From the NCBI GenBank assembly GCA_963745835.1, contig CAVUZH010000015.1, positions 1 through 64,000 of the forward strand: DNA of 64,000 bases, written 5' to 3'. This DNA is from an uncultured delta proteobacterium. GTDB lineage: Bacteria; Desulfobacterota; Binatia; UBA9968. A model generated the notes under the pieces. The model ran no database searches. It was not told the DNA's origin and saw nothing but the letters and a program-made list of their open reading frames with translations. Positions 19,272 through 28,723 of the stretch are shown one piece after another. How positions within the stretch are numbered: the first letter of the stretch is position 1; every line of letters starts with the position of its first letter. The position numbers and the translations under genes were made by a program.

Positions 19272-20543
19272 CTACACCTCGGCGCGCAAGCCTTTTCCGT
19301 GGCTGGCGATCATCGCGTCGAAGTTGTCGACCGCCGTGTTCACGTCCATGGCGCGTACGCGATAAATGTCACCGTGGGATGCGGGGAATGGCTCAATGCC
19401 CTGCTGGAGTTCACGGGCCAGATTCAGCAACCGTTTGCGCGCCGTGATGATCGCGAGGTCGCTGGTGCCGAGGTGCTCCTTGCGGCGGTCGTAGATGGGG
19501 CCCATGCTTTCCTGAATCGCACGATCCTGGTCGTTGACTCCCCAGATGCCGGTGTAGCTCACAGTGCGTTGGACCTCGCGATCGAGCAAGTAGTCGTTCT
19601 CCATGTTGCGCTTCGGGATGAACGTGCCGGGGATCAACTCGGGGGGAAACGCGCGACCTGTGCGGCGCATCGCAAGATCCTGATCGATCAGCGGCCGATC
19701 CGGGTGGTAGGAAATATAAAAGGTCATAGTGCGATTGTCGTCGACCGGAATCCACGCTCGTCCCCCGGCCGGGAAGCGGATGAAAGGGATGAGGCTATAG
19801 GTCGGGAGCAGGGCCTGGGTCACCCGCCAGTTGTAGGTTCCCTCGCCGATCGTGCGACGGGCGCCGTAGCGGAAGCCGTAGTCGGTGTCGTTCACGATGA
19901 TTTTGGGCGCCCTATCCAGCGCTTTCAGTCTTGGATCGATGGCGCTGCCGTCGTTACTCGGCGAAGCCGACGGATCCAGATAGGTGTGTAGGAACGAGGC
20001 GTGGGAGCTGTCGATGTCACCCTCGTAGCCTTGGAGATAGTTGGTCTCTTGGTACCACTTCGACACGGAGCGGTGACTATCAGGGACTCGGGTCCACTCC
20101 AATTGAGGTAGCTCTGCATGGAGATGGTTGGGCCCCATGTAAACCCAAATCAGGCCGCCGTGGATGGCTGTCGGGTAAACCGTGATGTGAATCTTGTCTT
20201 TGAAGTTGCTTTCGGCGGGTTCGGACGGCATGTCGACGCAGTTGCCGTCGACATCGAATTTCCAGCCATGATAGACACAGCGGATGCCGCACTCCTCGTT
20301 GCGCCCGAAGTAGAGCGACGCGCCACGGTGCGGGCAGTGAGCCTCGACGACGCCTATTTTGTTATTTGAGTCGCGAAATGCGACCAGATCCTCACCGAGC
20401 AGGCGCAGGCGCACGGGCGGGCAATCCGCATGGGGCAACTCGTCGGGCAGCATCGCCGGCAGCCAGAATCGCCGAAACAGCTCGCCCATGGGCGTTCCCG
20501 GCCCGACACGGCACGCGAACTCGTTGTCTTCTTTGCTTAACAC
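19272..20543 (-). CDS. Rieske non-heme iron oxygenase (phthalate 4,5-dioxygenase/LigXa-like)
   Basis: CPHRGA...CVYHGW Rieske ligands; EGDIDSSHASFLH and QDRAIQES mononuclear Fe motifs. Confidence 0.95.
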   Translation of the reverse strand: MLSKEDNEFACRVGPGTPMGELFRRFWLPAMLPDELPHADCPPVRLRLLGEDLVAFRDSNNKIGVVEAHCPHRGASLYFGRNEECGIRCVYHGWKFDVDGNCVDMPSEPAESNFKDKIHITVYPTAIHGGLIWVYMGPNHLHAELPQLEWTRVPDSHRSVSKWYQETNYLQGYEGDIDSSHASFLHTYLDPSASPSNDGSAIDPRLKALDRAPKIIVNDTDYGFRYGARRTIGEGTYNWRVTQALLPTYSLIPFIRFPAGGRAWIPVDDNRTMTFYISYHPDRPLIDQDLAMRRTGRAFPPELIPGTFIPKRNMENDYLLDREVQRTVSYTGIWGVNDQDRAIQESMGPIYDRRKEHLGTSDLAIITARKRLLNLARELQQGIEPFPASHGDIYRVRAMDVNTAVDNFDAMIASHGKGLRAEV

Positions 20544-20632
20544 AGCGGCTCCCCGGTATGGAAAATTGAAAGCACTTTATTCTCACAGTGATTTATCGCT
20601 GAACCGGCGAAGGTGTCAATCGTCGGAGAGTT

Positions 20633-20735
20633 GAGCGGGCAAACCCTGGTTATTCCTTTGGCTCGCAGCAGCAGCGCCACCCGGGCGCTGGTCGCTTCGT
20701 TGGGTCACGAACAGTAGAGAACGACGTCGCGATCC
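20633..20735 (-). repeat. Partial copy of the rhodanese UGA/SECIS segment (23226-23328)
   Basis: Near-identical. Reads DRDVVLYCS-UGA-PNEATSARVALLLRAKGITRV with UGA at 20705-20707. Confidence 0.9.
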
Positions 20736-21230
20736 GGCGCCGTCGCGCAGGTTAGCCAGTCGATTTGCAGATCGCCGGGACCACTTATGCGGTCAAGTGT
20801 TACCGGCGCTGTCGATGGCGGATTCCCTTCTCCCGCGGCTCCATCTTCGGAATGGAAAATGGCTATTTTTCGAAATGGAGAATCAATAATGGTAATGGAA
20901 AATTAAAACCTGCGTCGGAGGTTGAGTCTGCCGCATGAAGCTCACCTCGTTTTGAGTGGAGTCCTTCTTGACTCAATCTTTCTCGGTGCTATCCGTTTCC
21001 ATAAGAGCATTTGCCGCGCGGACTCGCAGAGTCTATAGGCGCCCGTGACACAGATCGTACCGTCTCGGTTGCGAGACGCTCTGTGTTTTCTCCTTTTTTT
21101 CCTCTACAGGCACGCTGGTGGGCATGGTCTTTGCGGCTCAAAGGTAGATCAGCGTGGATTACAATGTCGATTTTCGCTGTTCAGCTTCGATAACTAAATT
21201 TCCACAATTAAATAAGGAAAGGAGAACGCC

Positions 21231-21659
21231 ATGAGATTCATAGTCATTGTCAAAGCGAGCAAAGATTCTGAAGCGGGAAAAATGCCGAGCCAGGAGATGC
21301 TTGCTCAAATGGGCAAGTTCAACGAGCAGCTGGCAAACGCCGGTGTAATGTTAGCCGGCGAAGGATTGCACCCAACCTCGAACGGCAAGCGGATTAAGTT
21401 CTCGGGCGACAAACGCAAAATTACCGATGGTCCTTTTGGCAAGCCAAAGGATTTGATTGCCGGTTACTGGTTGTGGAAGTGCGAATCGTGGGAAGAGACG
21501 ATCGAATGGGCGAAACGCATACCTTTCCAGGAAGGTGAAGTGGAGATTCGCCAAATTTTCGAAGCTCAAGACTTCGGCGCTGAGTTTACACCGGAGCTAA
21601 GAGCGCAAGAGGAGCGGATACGCGCGCAAGCCGAGCAAACGGCAAAGGAACTGCATTGA
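21231..21659 (+). CDS. YciI/DGPF-family protein
   Basis: AGEGLHPTS, ITDGPF, LIAGYW, EIRQIFE; strong RBS. Confidence 0.9.
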   Translation: MRFIVIVKASKDSEAGKMPSQEMLAQMGKFNEQLANAGVMLAGEGLHPTSNGKRIKFSGDKRKITDGPFGKPKDLIAGYWLWKCESWEETIEWAKRIPFQEGEVEIRQIFEAQDFGAEFTPELRAQEERIRAQAEQTAKELH

Positions 21660-21675
21660 AGAAGCCATAATGTAT

Positions 21676-21740
21676 TCCCGCGAAGGCGCTAAGGCCCAAA
21701 GAAAAAATCCTCGTTTCCGAACTTGGCGCCTTTGCGGGAG
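21676..21740. repeat. REP-like inverted doublet
   Basis: TCCCGCGAAGGCGCTAAG ... CTTGGCGCCTTTGCGGGA imperfect palindrome between co-oriented genes. Confidence 0.6.
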
Positions 21741-21776
21741 TCATATCTTCTCACAAATTCACGAAAGGAGAATACC

Positions 21777-22211
21777 ATGCAAGTGCAGCCATATTTATTC
21801 TTCAGCGGAAACTGTGAGGAAGCGCTCGAGTTCTACAAAAAGGCTCTCGGCGCCGAAGTGCAGGTGATGATGCGCTACAAAGAAAGTCCTGAACCGCCGC
21901 CGGCAGACAAAGTACCGGCGAACTGGGGCGACAAGATCATGCACGCCAATGTTCGCATCGGCGAGACCCAGGTGATGGCCTCTGACGGCTGCCCGCAGGA
22001 GGGAGCCGGCTTTAAGAATTTTTCGCTAACCATTTTGGCAGCCAATGAAGCGGAAGCCGACCGGTTATTCAACGCCCTCGCCGATGGCGGCCAGGTGCAG
22101 ATGCCGCTTGGCAAAACGTTTTTTTCGCCGCGCTTCGGCATGGTGACCGACAAGTTTGGTCTGTGCTGGATGGTTGGCGTATTCGAACAAAGCGCGCAAG
22201 CAGCAGCGTAG
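21777..22211 (+). CDS. VOC-family PhnB-like protein
   Basis: QPYLFFSGNCEEALEFY, KIMHA, MASD, FGMVTDKFGLCWMV; AAGGAG RBS before ATG 21777. Confidence 0.9.
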   Translation: MQVQPYLFFSGNCEEALEFYKKALGAEVQVMMRYKESPEPPPADKVPANWGDKIMHANVRIGETQVMASDGCPQEGAGFKNFSLTILAANEAEADRLFNALADGGQVQMPLGKTFFSPRFGMVTDKFGLCWMVGVFEQSAQAAA

Positions 22212-22243
22212 CAACAGGTCGCGACATGCCCCATTGCCCAGCC

Positions 22244-22468
22244 ATGGATGAGTCGGAAATTTCGCCAAGAACTGGTTCGCAATTGGCCTTGGCTCGAGTA
22301 GCGACAGCGCTTGCGTTAGTGAGCGTTGCTGCTCTCGCCATCGGCGCATTGGCGATCGGAAGTTTGGCAATTAAGCGCGTTGCCATTGATCGCGCTTCGC
22401 TCAAGCGGCTCCATATCCGTGAGCTGGAATTAGATCAATTGCGGATAAGGAAGCAAGTTACGGACTGA
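22244..22468 (+). CDS. Small hypothetical membrane protein (AIGALAIG-repeat type)
   Basis: Hydrophobic ALAIGALAIGSLAI stretch followed by an LKRLHIRELELDQLRI tail; operon position. Confidence 0.55.
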   Translation: MDESEISPRTGSQLALARVATALALVSVAALAIGALAIGSLAIKRVAIDRASLKRLHIRELELDQLRIRKQVTD

Positions 22469-22582
22469 GAGGGTCACGCTTGCGGTTCTGCAGATTCTAA
22501 ATCTCGTTGAGACGAGAAGTCGACAAAGCAAAGCGAACACAACACCAGTCAAGATTGATGATGCCAAGAAAGGAGCGTGATC

Positions 22583-23035
22583 ATGGCCGTTCGTCTGAAT
22601 CACACAATTGTCGCCGCGCATGACCACGAAGCGTCGAGCAAATTCTTAGCCGAGATACTCGGTCTGCCGCCTCCGCTGCGGTTAGGGCCGTTTGCGATAG
22701 TATCGGTAGGTGACACCTCGCTGGATTATATGAATGTGAAAGAGTACCGAGGCGCCGACGGCGAGATCGTTTCTCAGCATTACGCCTTTCTGGTAACCGA
22801 GGCCGAATTCGACGAGATCTTCGCGCGCATTCGGGAACGGCACCTGACCTATTGGGCCGATCCGCGTCTCAGCCAGCGGGACCAGATCAACGAGTGGGAT
22901 GGTGGCCGCGGGATCTACTTCCAAGATCCCAACGGTCATATTCTCGAAGCGATCACGCGACCCTACGGCAGCGGCGGCACGAGGGCGCCACGACCGCATC
23001 CGTTGCTCGCGTCAAACGGGGAACCGCGCACCTGA
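22583..23035 (+). CDS. VOC/glyoxalase-family protein
   Basis: LNHTIV, QHYAFLV, GGRGIYFQDPNGHILE; AAGGAG RBS. Confidence 0.9.
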   Translation: MAVRLNHTIVAAHDHEASSKFLAEILGLPPPLRLGPFAIVSVGDTSLDYMNVKEYRGADGEIVSQHYAFLVTEAEFDEIFARIRERHLTYWADPRLSQRDQINEWDGGRGIYFQDPNGHILEAITRPYGSGGTRAPRPHPLLASNGEPRT

Positions 23036-23144
23036 AAACCGCACAATAACCAGACCGTGAGAGATGAAGGCGCTCATCCGGCGACCACGGAACGGCCCGA
23101 TCGGTGAGTCGCATGAAAGACTTCATGAGCGAAAATAGTTTCTC

Positions 23145-24494
23145 TCAAAGTTCAACGGGTTTCTTGACAAGGCTTTCGGTAACGAAAGGGAAATTGTCCG
23201 CGAGCCAAGCGTCGATCCCGCCTTCGAGCGGGCGCACCCTGGTGATTCCTTTGGCTCGCAGCAGCAGCGCCACCCGGGCGCTGGTCGCTTCGTTGGGTCA
23301 CGAGCAGTAGAGAACGACATCGCGATCCCGGGGAATCTCTCTGTGGCGCTCTTCGATCTCTTCCATAGCTATTCGAAGCGCGCCCGGGATCATCTGCGGA
23401 AACGCCTCGATATCCATGGGCTGGCGCAAGTCCACGATTGAAATGTTTTCTTTGGCCGTGAGTTTGTCCATCAGCTCTTTCGGCGTGATGCGCGCAATTC
23501 GCAGCCGGCGCAGAAAGCGTCGGCGCTGGATGAACTTCCACAAAACATAAGCTGCCAAACCTCCGGCCAGGACTGCGACCAGCCAACCGCCCCAGCGCAG
23601 CGCGATCTGTTCGAGTTGATCGCCGAGAATCAATCCCAAGCCCGTGACGGTGACGACCCAGAGGAGTCCGCCCAGGGAGTCGAAGATAAGGAAACGTCGC
23701 ACCGGCATGCGAAAGATTCCCGCCAGAGACGGTGCCGCGGTATTCAGGCCGGGTATGAATTTGGCAACGAGCAAAGAACGAACGCCGTGCCGGCTGAAAA
23801 GGTTCTCAGTCCGCCGCACGCATGAGTCCGGTTCGAGAGAAATGCGGCACAATAGCTTCAGTATGCGGCCGCCGCGGTAACGGCCCAGAAAGTACCAGAA
23901 CAGGTCAGCCAAAATAACCGCGATGAACGCCAAGGCCAGCGCGAGCGTCAAATTCATTTTGCCGGCACGGGCGAGCGCCCCGGCCGCGATCAACAGAGGA
24001 GCAGCCGGGATAGGCAGACCCAGCTGTTCGAGCAGCACCCACCCGAACAGTACTGCGTAGCCGTGCCTAATCAGGAAGTCGGCCGCTTGTTCCAGGCTCA
24101 AATCCCGGGTCGCCCCGGGCAACACGCTCGCAAAAAAGAAGCTAAGGACAGTCAATATCAGCGCCGCAATCGCCGATTCGACATAGATCCAACGAGCCTG
24201 GGAACGGAGTCGTTTGTCGACACTTTCATCTCCGACCGGCTCTACGGTGCCGTTCATCTTGCGCGCGCCGCGCGCCGCAAAAGCGACTCAGGTTTTTTTG
24301 CGAGCCTGGGAAAGAGCGAGGGTTCCCATCCAGAACGGCAGAAATAGCGCCGCGTACCATCCGCGGCTTACATCTGCATGCGCGAAAATAACAGCCAGGA
24401 CGACGCCCAGGGCGAGCATGGCGACACCCATGAGCAGGCGCTTACGGATCTCCTTCGGCCCGATATTGGCGAGCTCTGCTTTTGCGCCGTTCAT
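23145..24494 (-). CDS. Candidate double selenoprotein: membrane domain (KKT-U-V) + DedA/VTT + rhodanese (C-S-U-P-N-E), 449 aa
   Basis: One frame: 68 aa, UGA 24288-24290, VAFAARGARK, 319 aa, UGA 23298-23300, then 50 aa PNEATSARVALLL...RPLEGGIDAW..., stop 23145-23147. DedA motifs EQLGLPIP and AKFIPG. DedA-rhodanese identity is secure; Sec decoding is inferred. Confidence 0.8.
23260..23289 (-). promoter_or_regulatory. SECIS-like hairpin after UGA 23298-23300
   Basis: Upper stem CAGCGCC/GGCGCUG with loop CGGGU after a 21-nt spacer from UGA; lower stem AGCG/UGCU. Confidence 0.7.
24257..24282 (-). promoter_or_regulatory. SECIS-like hairpin after UGA 24288-24290
   Basis: UUUUGCG-G-CGCG / loop CGG / CGCG-CGCAAGA; loop follows a 17-nt spacer from UGA and has G at its second position. 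Confidence 0.6.
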
Positions 24495-24589
24495 CGAAAA
24501 GCACCGGTACTTTTGTTCATTGTTTCGATCTCCGCTCAGGTTTCACCCTTAATAGCCGACATTCGTACATCCGGCTAGAGTGTGCTGAT

Positions 24590-24705
24590 GCCGTGGCGCG
24601 TTCTGGGAGGACCAATATCACCCTACGGCTATCGAAGCCGATGATCATCTGCATCAGTGCGTTGTCTATGTCGTTTTGCACATGGCGCCCGCCGGAGTGA
24701 TCGAG
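24590..24705 (+). pseudogene. Internal fragment of a RAYT-like transposase
   Basis: RGAFWEDQYHPTAIEADDHLHQCVVYVVLHMAPAGVIE. Confidence 0.65.
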
Positions 24706-25094
24706 CCCTCGCGCCGATGGAAACATAGCGGGCATCATGAGACTCAGAAGCCGCAGAGCCGCTATGGGATCATCGATTTGCTGGAGTCAAATGCGTCTTT
24801 GGCTTTTGCCGATGCAGCGCAATTTCAGAAAACCCATGGGAGCGTTTGGCCACCAATCATTTTTCATGCTTCGTGGAATTCCCTCATCCAGGGAGTATTC
24901 GACCAATCAACCAAAGAGACTTCAATATGGCTTGGTGAATCCGGCATTGTGGTCGCCCTGGTTAACCTTGTTCTGACTGTTTGCCTGGTGCGTGGCAGAT
25001 GGTCGATCAAACATACGCCAAGTGAAGAGACGGCGAATCAAGTAAGTGCAATGACTGTATAGACATCGAGGTCCGGAATAGTGTTGGATGTGCC

Positions 25095-25475
25095 TAACTC
25101 ATTTCCCTTTATGCTTTTCAGAAAGCCGCTTTGCTCGAGCTCTCTGACGAACTGCAGGTCCACCGCAGAGCTCGTGTCGAAATCGCGTAGCTTTGGATTG
25201 CGCTGGGCGAGTTCCCTGGCAACGAGTTCGAACCCTTCGGTCGTGGGCGCAGGAATCTCGTTGTAGAGACGTCGAGCAGAATCGAAAGCGGCTCCCATCA
25301 CCTCGGGATTCAAGGAGCGCGCGTAGCGGGATATGATGGCGATAGAGCCTTCTCTATTTGTCTTCAAATACTGCAGGGCTTGCGCCAGCGCTTTCACGTA
25401 GCGCAGCACGACGTCACGCTTCTCCCGCACGTAGCGCTGAGTTGTCACCGCGCCGCCCATCGGGAAGAGGGGTTT
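25095..25475 (-). pseudogene. C-terminal remnant of an NMT1-like solute-binding protein
   Basis: TTQRYVREKRDVVLRYVKAL...VDLQFVRELEQSGFL; the N-terminal two-thirds is absent. Confidence 0.7.
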
Positions 25476-25561
25476 TGGCGGCCACGTAATCCACAAGAAC
25501 CTTAAAACGAGGCGCTTGGCCTGCTGAACTTCCAGATCTTGACCAACCAAAGGGCTGCTTG

Positions 25562-25611
25562 GGGGCCAGGTCTTGCAATCACACATTTGTCGCAATGCAA
25601 GACGCGACCCC
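25562..25611. repeat. REP/REPIN-like inverted doublet
   Basis: GGGGCCAGGTCTTGCA ... TGCAAGACGCGACCCC. Related single arms near 3000, 3450, 16345 and 40925. Confidence 0.7.
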
Positions 25612-25655
25612 ATCAATTCCGACGACCCCATTTCCGGTCCCCGGGCGCTGCGCTT

Positions 25656-26450
25656 TTAGAGCTCCTCAATGATTCGCTTGATTCTCTGCCCGACCTCACC
25701 GCCCTTTGTGTTCATAAGATCAATATACTTGCGGTTTTCCCATTGTCCGATTGCACCGCCATAGCTGGGCCGCGCGCGTATCCGTTCGTACCAGTTCGCG
25801 AGTCGCGGGCGTTTTTCGATCCAGCCGAGGAGATTCAGATGATCGAGACGGGTGAGATAGGGCGTGTAAGCCGCGTCCGCGAGCGAGTATTCGTCATCCG
25901 CTAGCCAACGGCTGCCGTCTAGTGCTTTTTCCATATCGGTAAGCAGCGCTTCCCACATGCGTACGGCGGTTTTGAATTCTTTGGCCTCGACACCGTTGTA
26001 AATCACGTCGCGCCGCCGCTCGCGTCTGAGCGGATCCGGTATTCTGTTTATCAGAGCGTCGCACGCGTCCCGTCCCTTCTCGAGATACTGGAAACGAAAG
26101 GCGATACCCATGCTAAGGGTGGCGGTTGCGATATCATGATGGCCCTCGTCGAGCCGTTTGGTCCATAAGCGCATCTGCGCTCGCGCATGTGAATTCGATG
26201 GACGGAGAGACGGGTTCGGGTACTCATCATCGAGGTATTCCATGATTACCGTAGATTCCCGCACCACTTTGCCGTTATCGACGATGGTGGGCACGACACC
26301 TCTGGGATTGAGCTTCAAATACTCGGGTTTTTGCTGATCGCCTGCCCTGAGATCGAGGTGGCGGCTCTCCCACGCTAGCCCTTTTTCCGCGAGCGTGAGA
26401 CGGACTTTTTGCGCGCATGTCGACATATCATTGTGATAAAGCTCCAACAT
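25656..26450 (-). CDS. Glutathione S-transferase family protein
   Basis: STCAQKVR..LAEK, LNPRGVVPT, ESTVIMEYLD, YSLAD. Confidence 0.9.
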   Translation of the reverse strand: MLELYHNDMSTCAQKVRLTLAEKGLAWESRHLDLRAGDQQKPEYLKLNPRGVVPTIVDNGKVVRESTVIMEYLDDEYPNPSLRPSNSHARAQMRLWTKRLDEGHHDIATATLSMGIAFRFQYLEKGRDACDALINRIPDPLRRERRRDVIYNGVEAKEFKTAVRMWEALLTDMEKALDGSRWLADDEYSLADAAYTPYLTRLDHLNLLGWIEKRPRLANWYERIRARPSYGGAIGQWENRKYIDLMNTKGGEVGQRIKRIIEEL

Positions 26451-26481
26451 AAGTTTCGTTCTTTGCTAGCCCGCGCGGCGA

Positions 26482-27450
26482 TTAAAGATAGCCTTTCTCC
26501 CGGTAATACTGTTTCGCTCCAGGATGGAGCGGAATTCCCAAAGGAGACGCATCCAATGAACGGCAGAGCTTTCTCATATCCAGGGGATGGTCGTCGTCTA
26601 TGGGAATGACGTTCCGTCGGGCATCGATAGCTTCGCAGATGGCATAGGCCAACTCGTTCGGCAGCCAACGATGGGTAATCAATGGCCAGCCGCTAAAATC
26701 GATGGTTTGAATATCTCCGCCTAACTTCGGGAATCTACCTTGTGGGAGCACGGCTCTTTGGAATCCCAGTCGCTCGAGCTGCCGTAAAATCTTCGGTTCC
26801 AGAGGCAGCACCTCGAACCCGTGATTGAGAGCGGTTGGCAGCCAGGTATGTAGACCCTCGTCGAAAACCGCATTGATCTTGCCTGTTTTGATGCTCTCGA
26901 TCCGCTGGTCGGACGTCGGCCGGGGGCACTCTTCGACTTTTCCTCCGCGTTGCTTGATGCTTGCGAACGAGAGGCCGTATAGCGAAAGAATTTCGTCGAT
27001 GGCGTAACGAGTCGTGTTGCCGACTCCCGACGATCTCGTGGAAACGTTCAACGGAAGTTTTCGTTCGGCTATTTCGAACAGCGACTCTAGCTTCAATTCC
27101 TTGGAAACGGCGAAAGCAATCCTGTCCCACGAAGGAAATGATGCCAAAGCCCGCAGCGGCAATTTCTGCTTGTAGAACCCTTTGCCGCGGTAGGCCATGG
27201 TGACGATGGCGGATGGGTTTACGAAACCGACGTCCACGCGTTTCTTCGCGACTTCGATAGGCGCTTGCAACCCTCCCATGACATCCCCGTTGATCCCCAA
27301 ACAGATCGGAGGAAATTGCTCTTCCTTTGAGCTCGGCTTGATGGACACGGTTACGACGTTACCCAGCGAGAACATGTGCCTGCTGTAGATCTCTGCCGCC
27401 ACCTCGAGCGCCATCTTGCCGCGCATCATTCGTGCATTCATTCTCGCCAT
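26482..27450 (-). CDS. TAXI-family TRAP-type solute-binding protein (divergent)
   Basis: LRALA.FP, C-terminal GIPLHPGAKQYYREKG. No obvious signal peptide. Confidence 0.75.
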   Translation of the reverse strand: MARMNARMMRGKMALEVAAEIYSRHMFSLGNVVTVSIKPSSKEEQFPPICLGINGDVMGGLQAPIEVAKKRVDVGFVNPSAIVTMAYRGKGFYKQKLPLRALASFPSWDRIAFAVSKELKLESLFEIAERKLPLNVSTRSSGVGNTTRYAIDEILSLYGLSFASIKQRGGKVEECPRPTSDQRIESIKTGKINAVFDEGLHTWLPTALNHGFEVLPLEPKILRQLERLGFQRAVLPQGRFPKLGGDIQTIDFSGWPLITHRWLPNELAYAICEAIDARRNVIPIDDDHPLDMRKLCRSLDASPLGIPLHPGAKQYYREKGYL

Positions 27451-27459
27451 GGAATTCCT

Positions 27460-28554
27460 CTAACGCGAGCCTCGCCGTTGAACAATCGACGGCAGTATCT
27501 CCTCTGCCAATAGGGTGATCGCTTGTCCGTAATCCGGTCCGAGCTTTGCCAGGCAGATTTGATCAAAGCCGTAGTCCTGCGCATAGGAACACATCTCTTC
27601 GAGCTTTTCGATGCAGTCGCGCGGTCTGCCGGCGATGAAACCGGCATCCACCATTGCGTCGGTGATGATCGTCGCCACATCCTCGATGGTACCGCCTGCG
27701 GTAAACGCCGCTTTAATGGTTTTTACGGCTTCAGGCTCGACGTTGAGCGCGCGAAACTCGGCGTCGGAAAATCCCAACGCGTCGAGAACGAGAAGCATGT
27801 GGGCGATGTAGCGCTTGGGGAAAATCCTCGCTCGTTCATAATCATCGGAAACCGATATATTGATCTCGCAGACTTTTCTTAGACTCGTTTGCCGGTTGAA
27901 TTCCGTCCTGCCGACTTCTGCTGCGGCAAGGAGTTCCCGCAGCTTCCCGCTCCGCACCAGCGGTATAAAGAATCCGCCGATCAAAACTCCGTCCATGAGC
28001 TGCCCGGCGATTCTCATAATCTTCGGGCCGTTGCCGCCGCTATAAAAGCGAATGGGCGCTTTGGGCGAGAAGCGAAGGTGGATGCTCGAGTCTTTTTTGA
28101 GCTGGTAGAAGGACGAAAGGACCGGGTAGTCCCGGTACCCAACGGTATCTCCTTCAAATAAGCGCTTCATGCACTGGACGGTTTCTTTCACGAAGCTGAT
28201 CGGTTTCACAAGATTGATCTGGTTGCCGGCCTGCGCATAATCTCCGCGCGCTATTCCCACGCTAATCTCCCGGCCGTCGATGAGCTCCGAGAGGGCTGCA
28301 AATGCATCCGCGGCATCGACGGGGTTCCTGAAGTAGGGAACGAAGATCGCGGTTCCGAGCTTGATCGGCACTCGCGACGCGATGGCAGTCAAGATGACGA
28401 AGACGTTCCTGTAGCCCAGGTTGTCGTTGACCCATACCTGATCGAAGTTGTTGTTGTGCGCCAGTTGCGCGAGTTCGACCCACTGGGGCACGGTATAGTG
28501 GTTGGCGATATGCGTTGTGAACTGTAAACCCACCTCGCCGGTAAAGACCGTCAT
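27460..28554 (-). CDS. LLM-class flavin/F420-dependent oxidoreductase
   Basis: FDQVWVND, IKLGTAI..PY.RNP, GIARG, GPKIMRIAGQLMDGV. Confidence 0.85.
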   Translation of the reverse strand: MTVFTGEVGLQFTTHIANHYTVPQWVELAQLAHNNNFDQVWVNDNLGYRNVFVILTAIASRVPIKLGTAIFVPYFRNPVDAADAFAALSELIDGREISVGIARGDYAQAGNQINLVKPISFVKETVQCMKRLFEGDTVGYRDYPVLSSFYQLKKDSSIHLRFSPKAPIRFYSGGNGPKIMRIAGQLMDGVLIGGFFIPLVRSGKLRELLAAAEVGRTEFNRQTSLRKVCEINISVSDDYERARIFPKRYIAHMLLVLDALGFSDAEFRALNVEPEAVKTIKAAFTAGGTIEDVATIITDAMVDAGFIAGRPRDCIEKLEEMCSYAQDYGFDQICLAKLGPDYGQAITLLAEEILPSIVQRRGSR

Positions 28555-28723
28555 TAGGAACCTCAGTTTGATTTGGATTGAAACAGAAAGTTTTCTTATT
28601 TCATCTTTCAAACGCGAAAAAAAGAGGATTGTTTAGATCTCGCCGATTAATTTGCACGGTTGCACTCTTAACCTCGGGACGATAACACTTGAGCAGAATT
28701 TTCGTTTCGGGAGAGCTGCTTTG

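Noticed and set aside
20851-20905. Repeated AATGG(A)AAAT units as an operator array
   Set aside because: Short, irregularly spaced, and no regulator nearby.
21010-21130. Possible structured leader or riboswitch upstream of the YciI gene
   Set aside because: Some pairing is possible, but I see no known riboswitch consensus; a covariance-model search would be needed.
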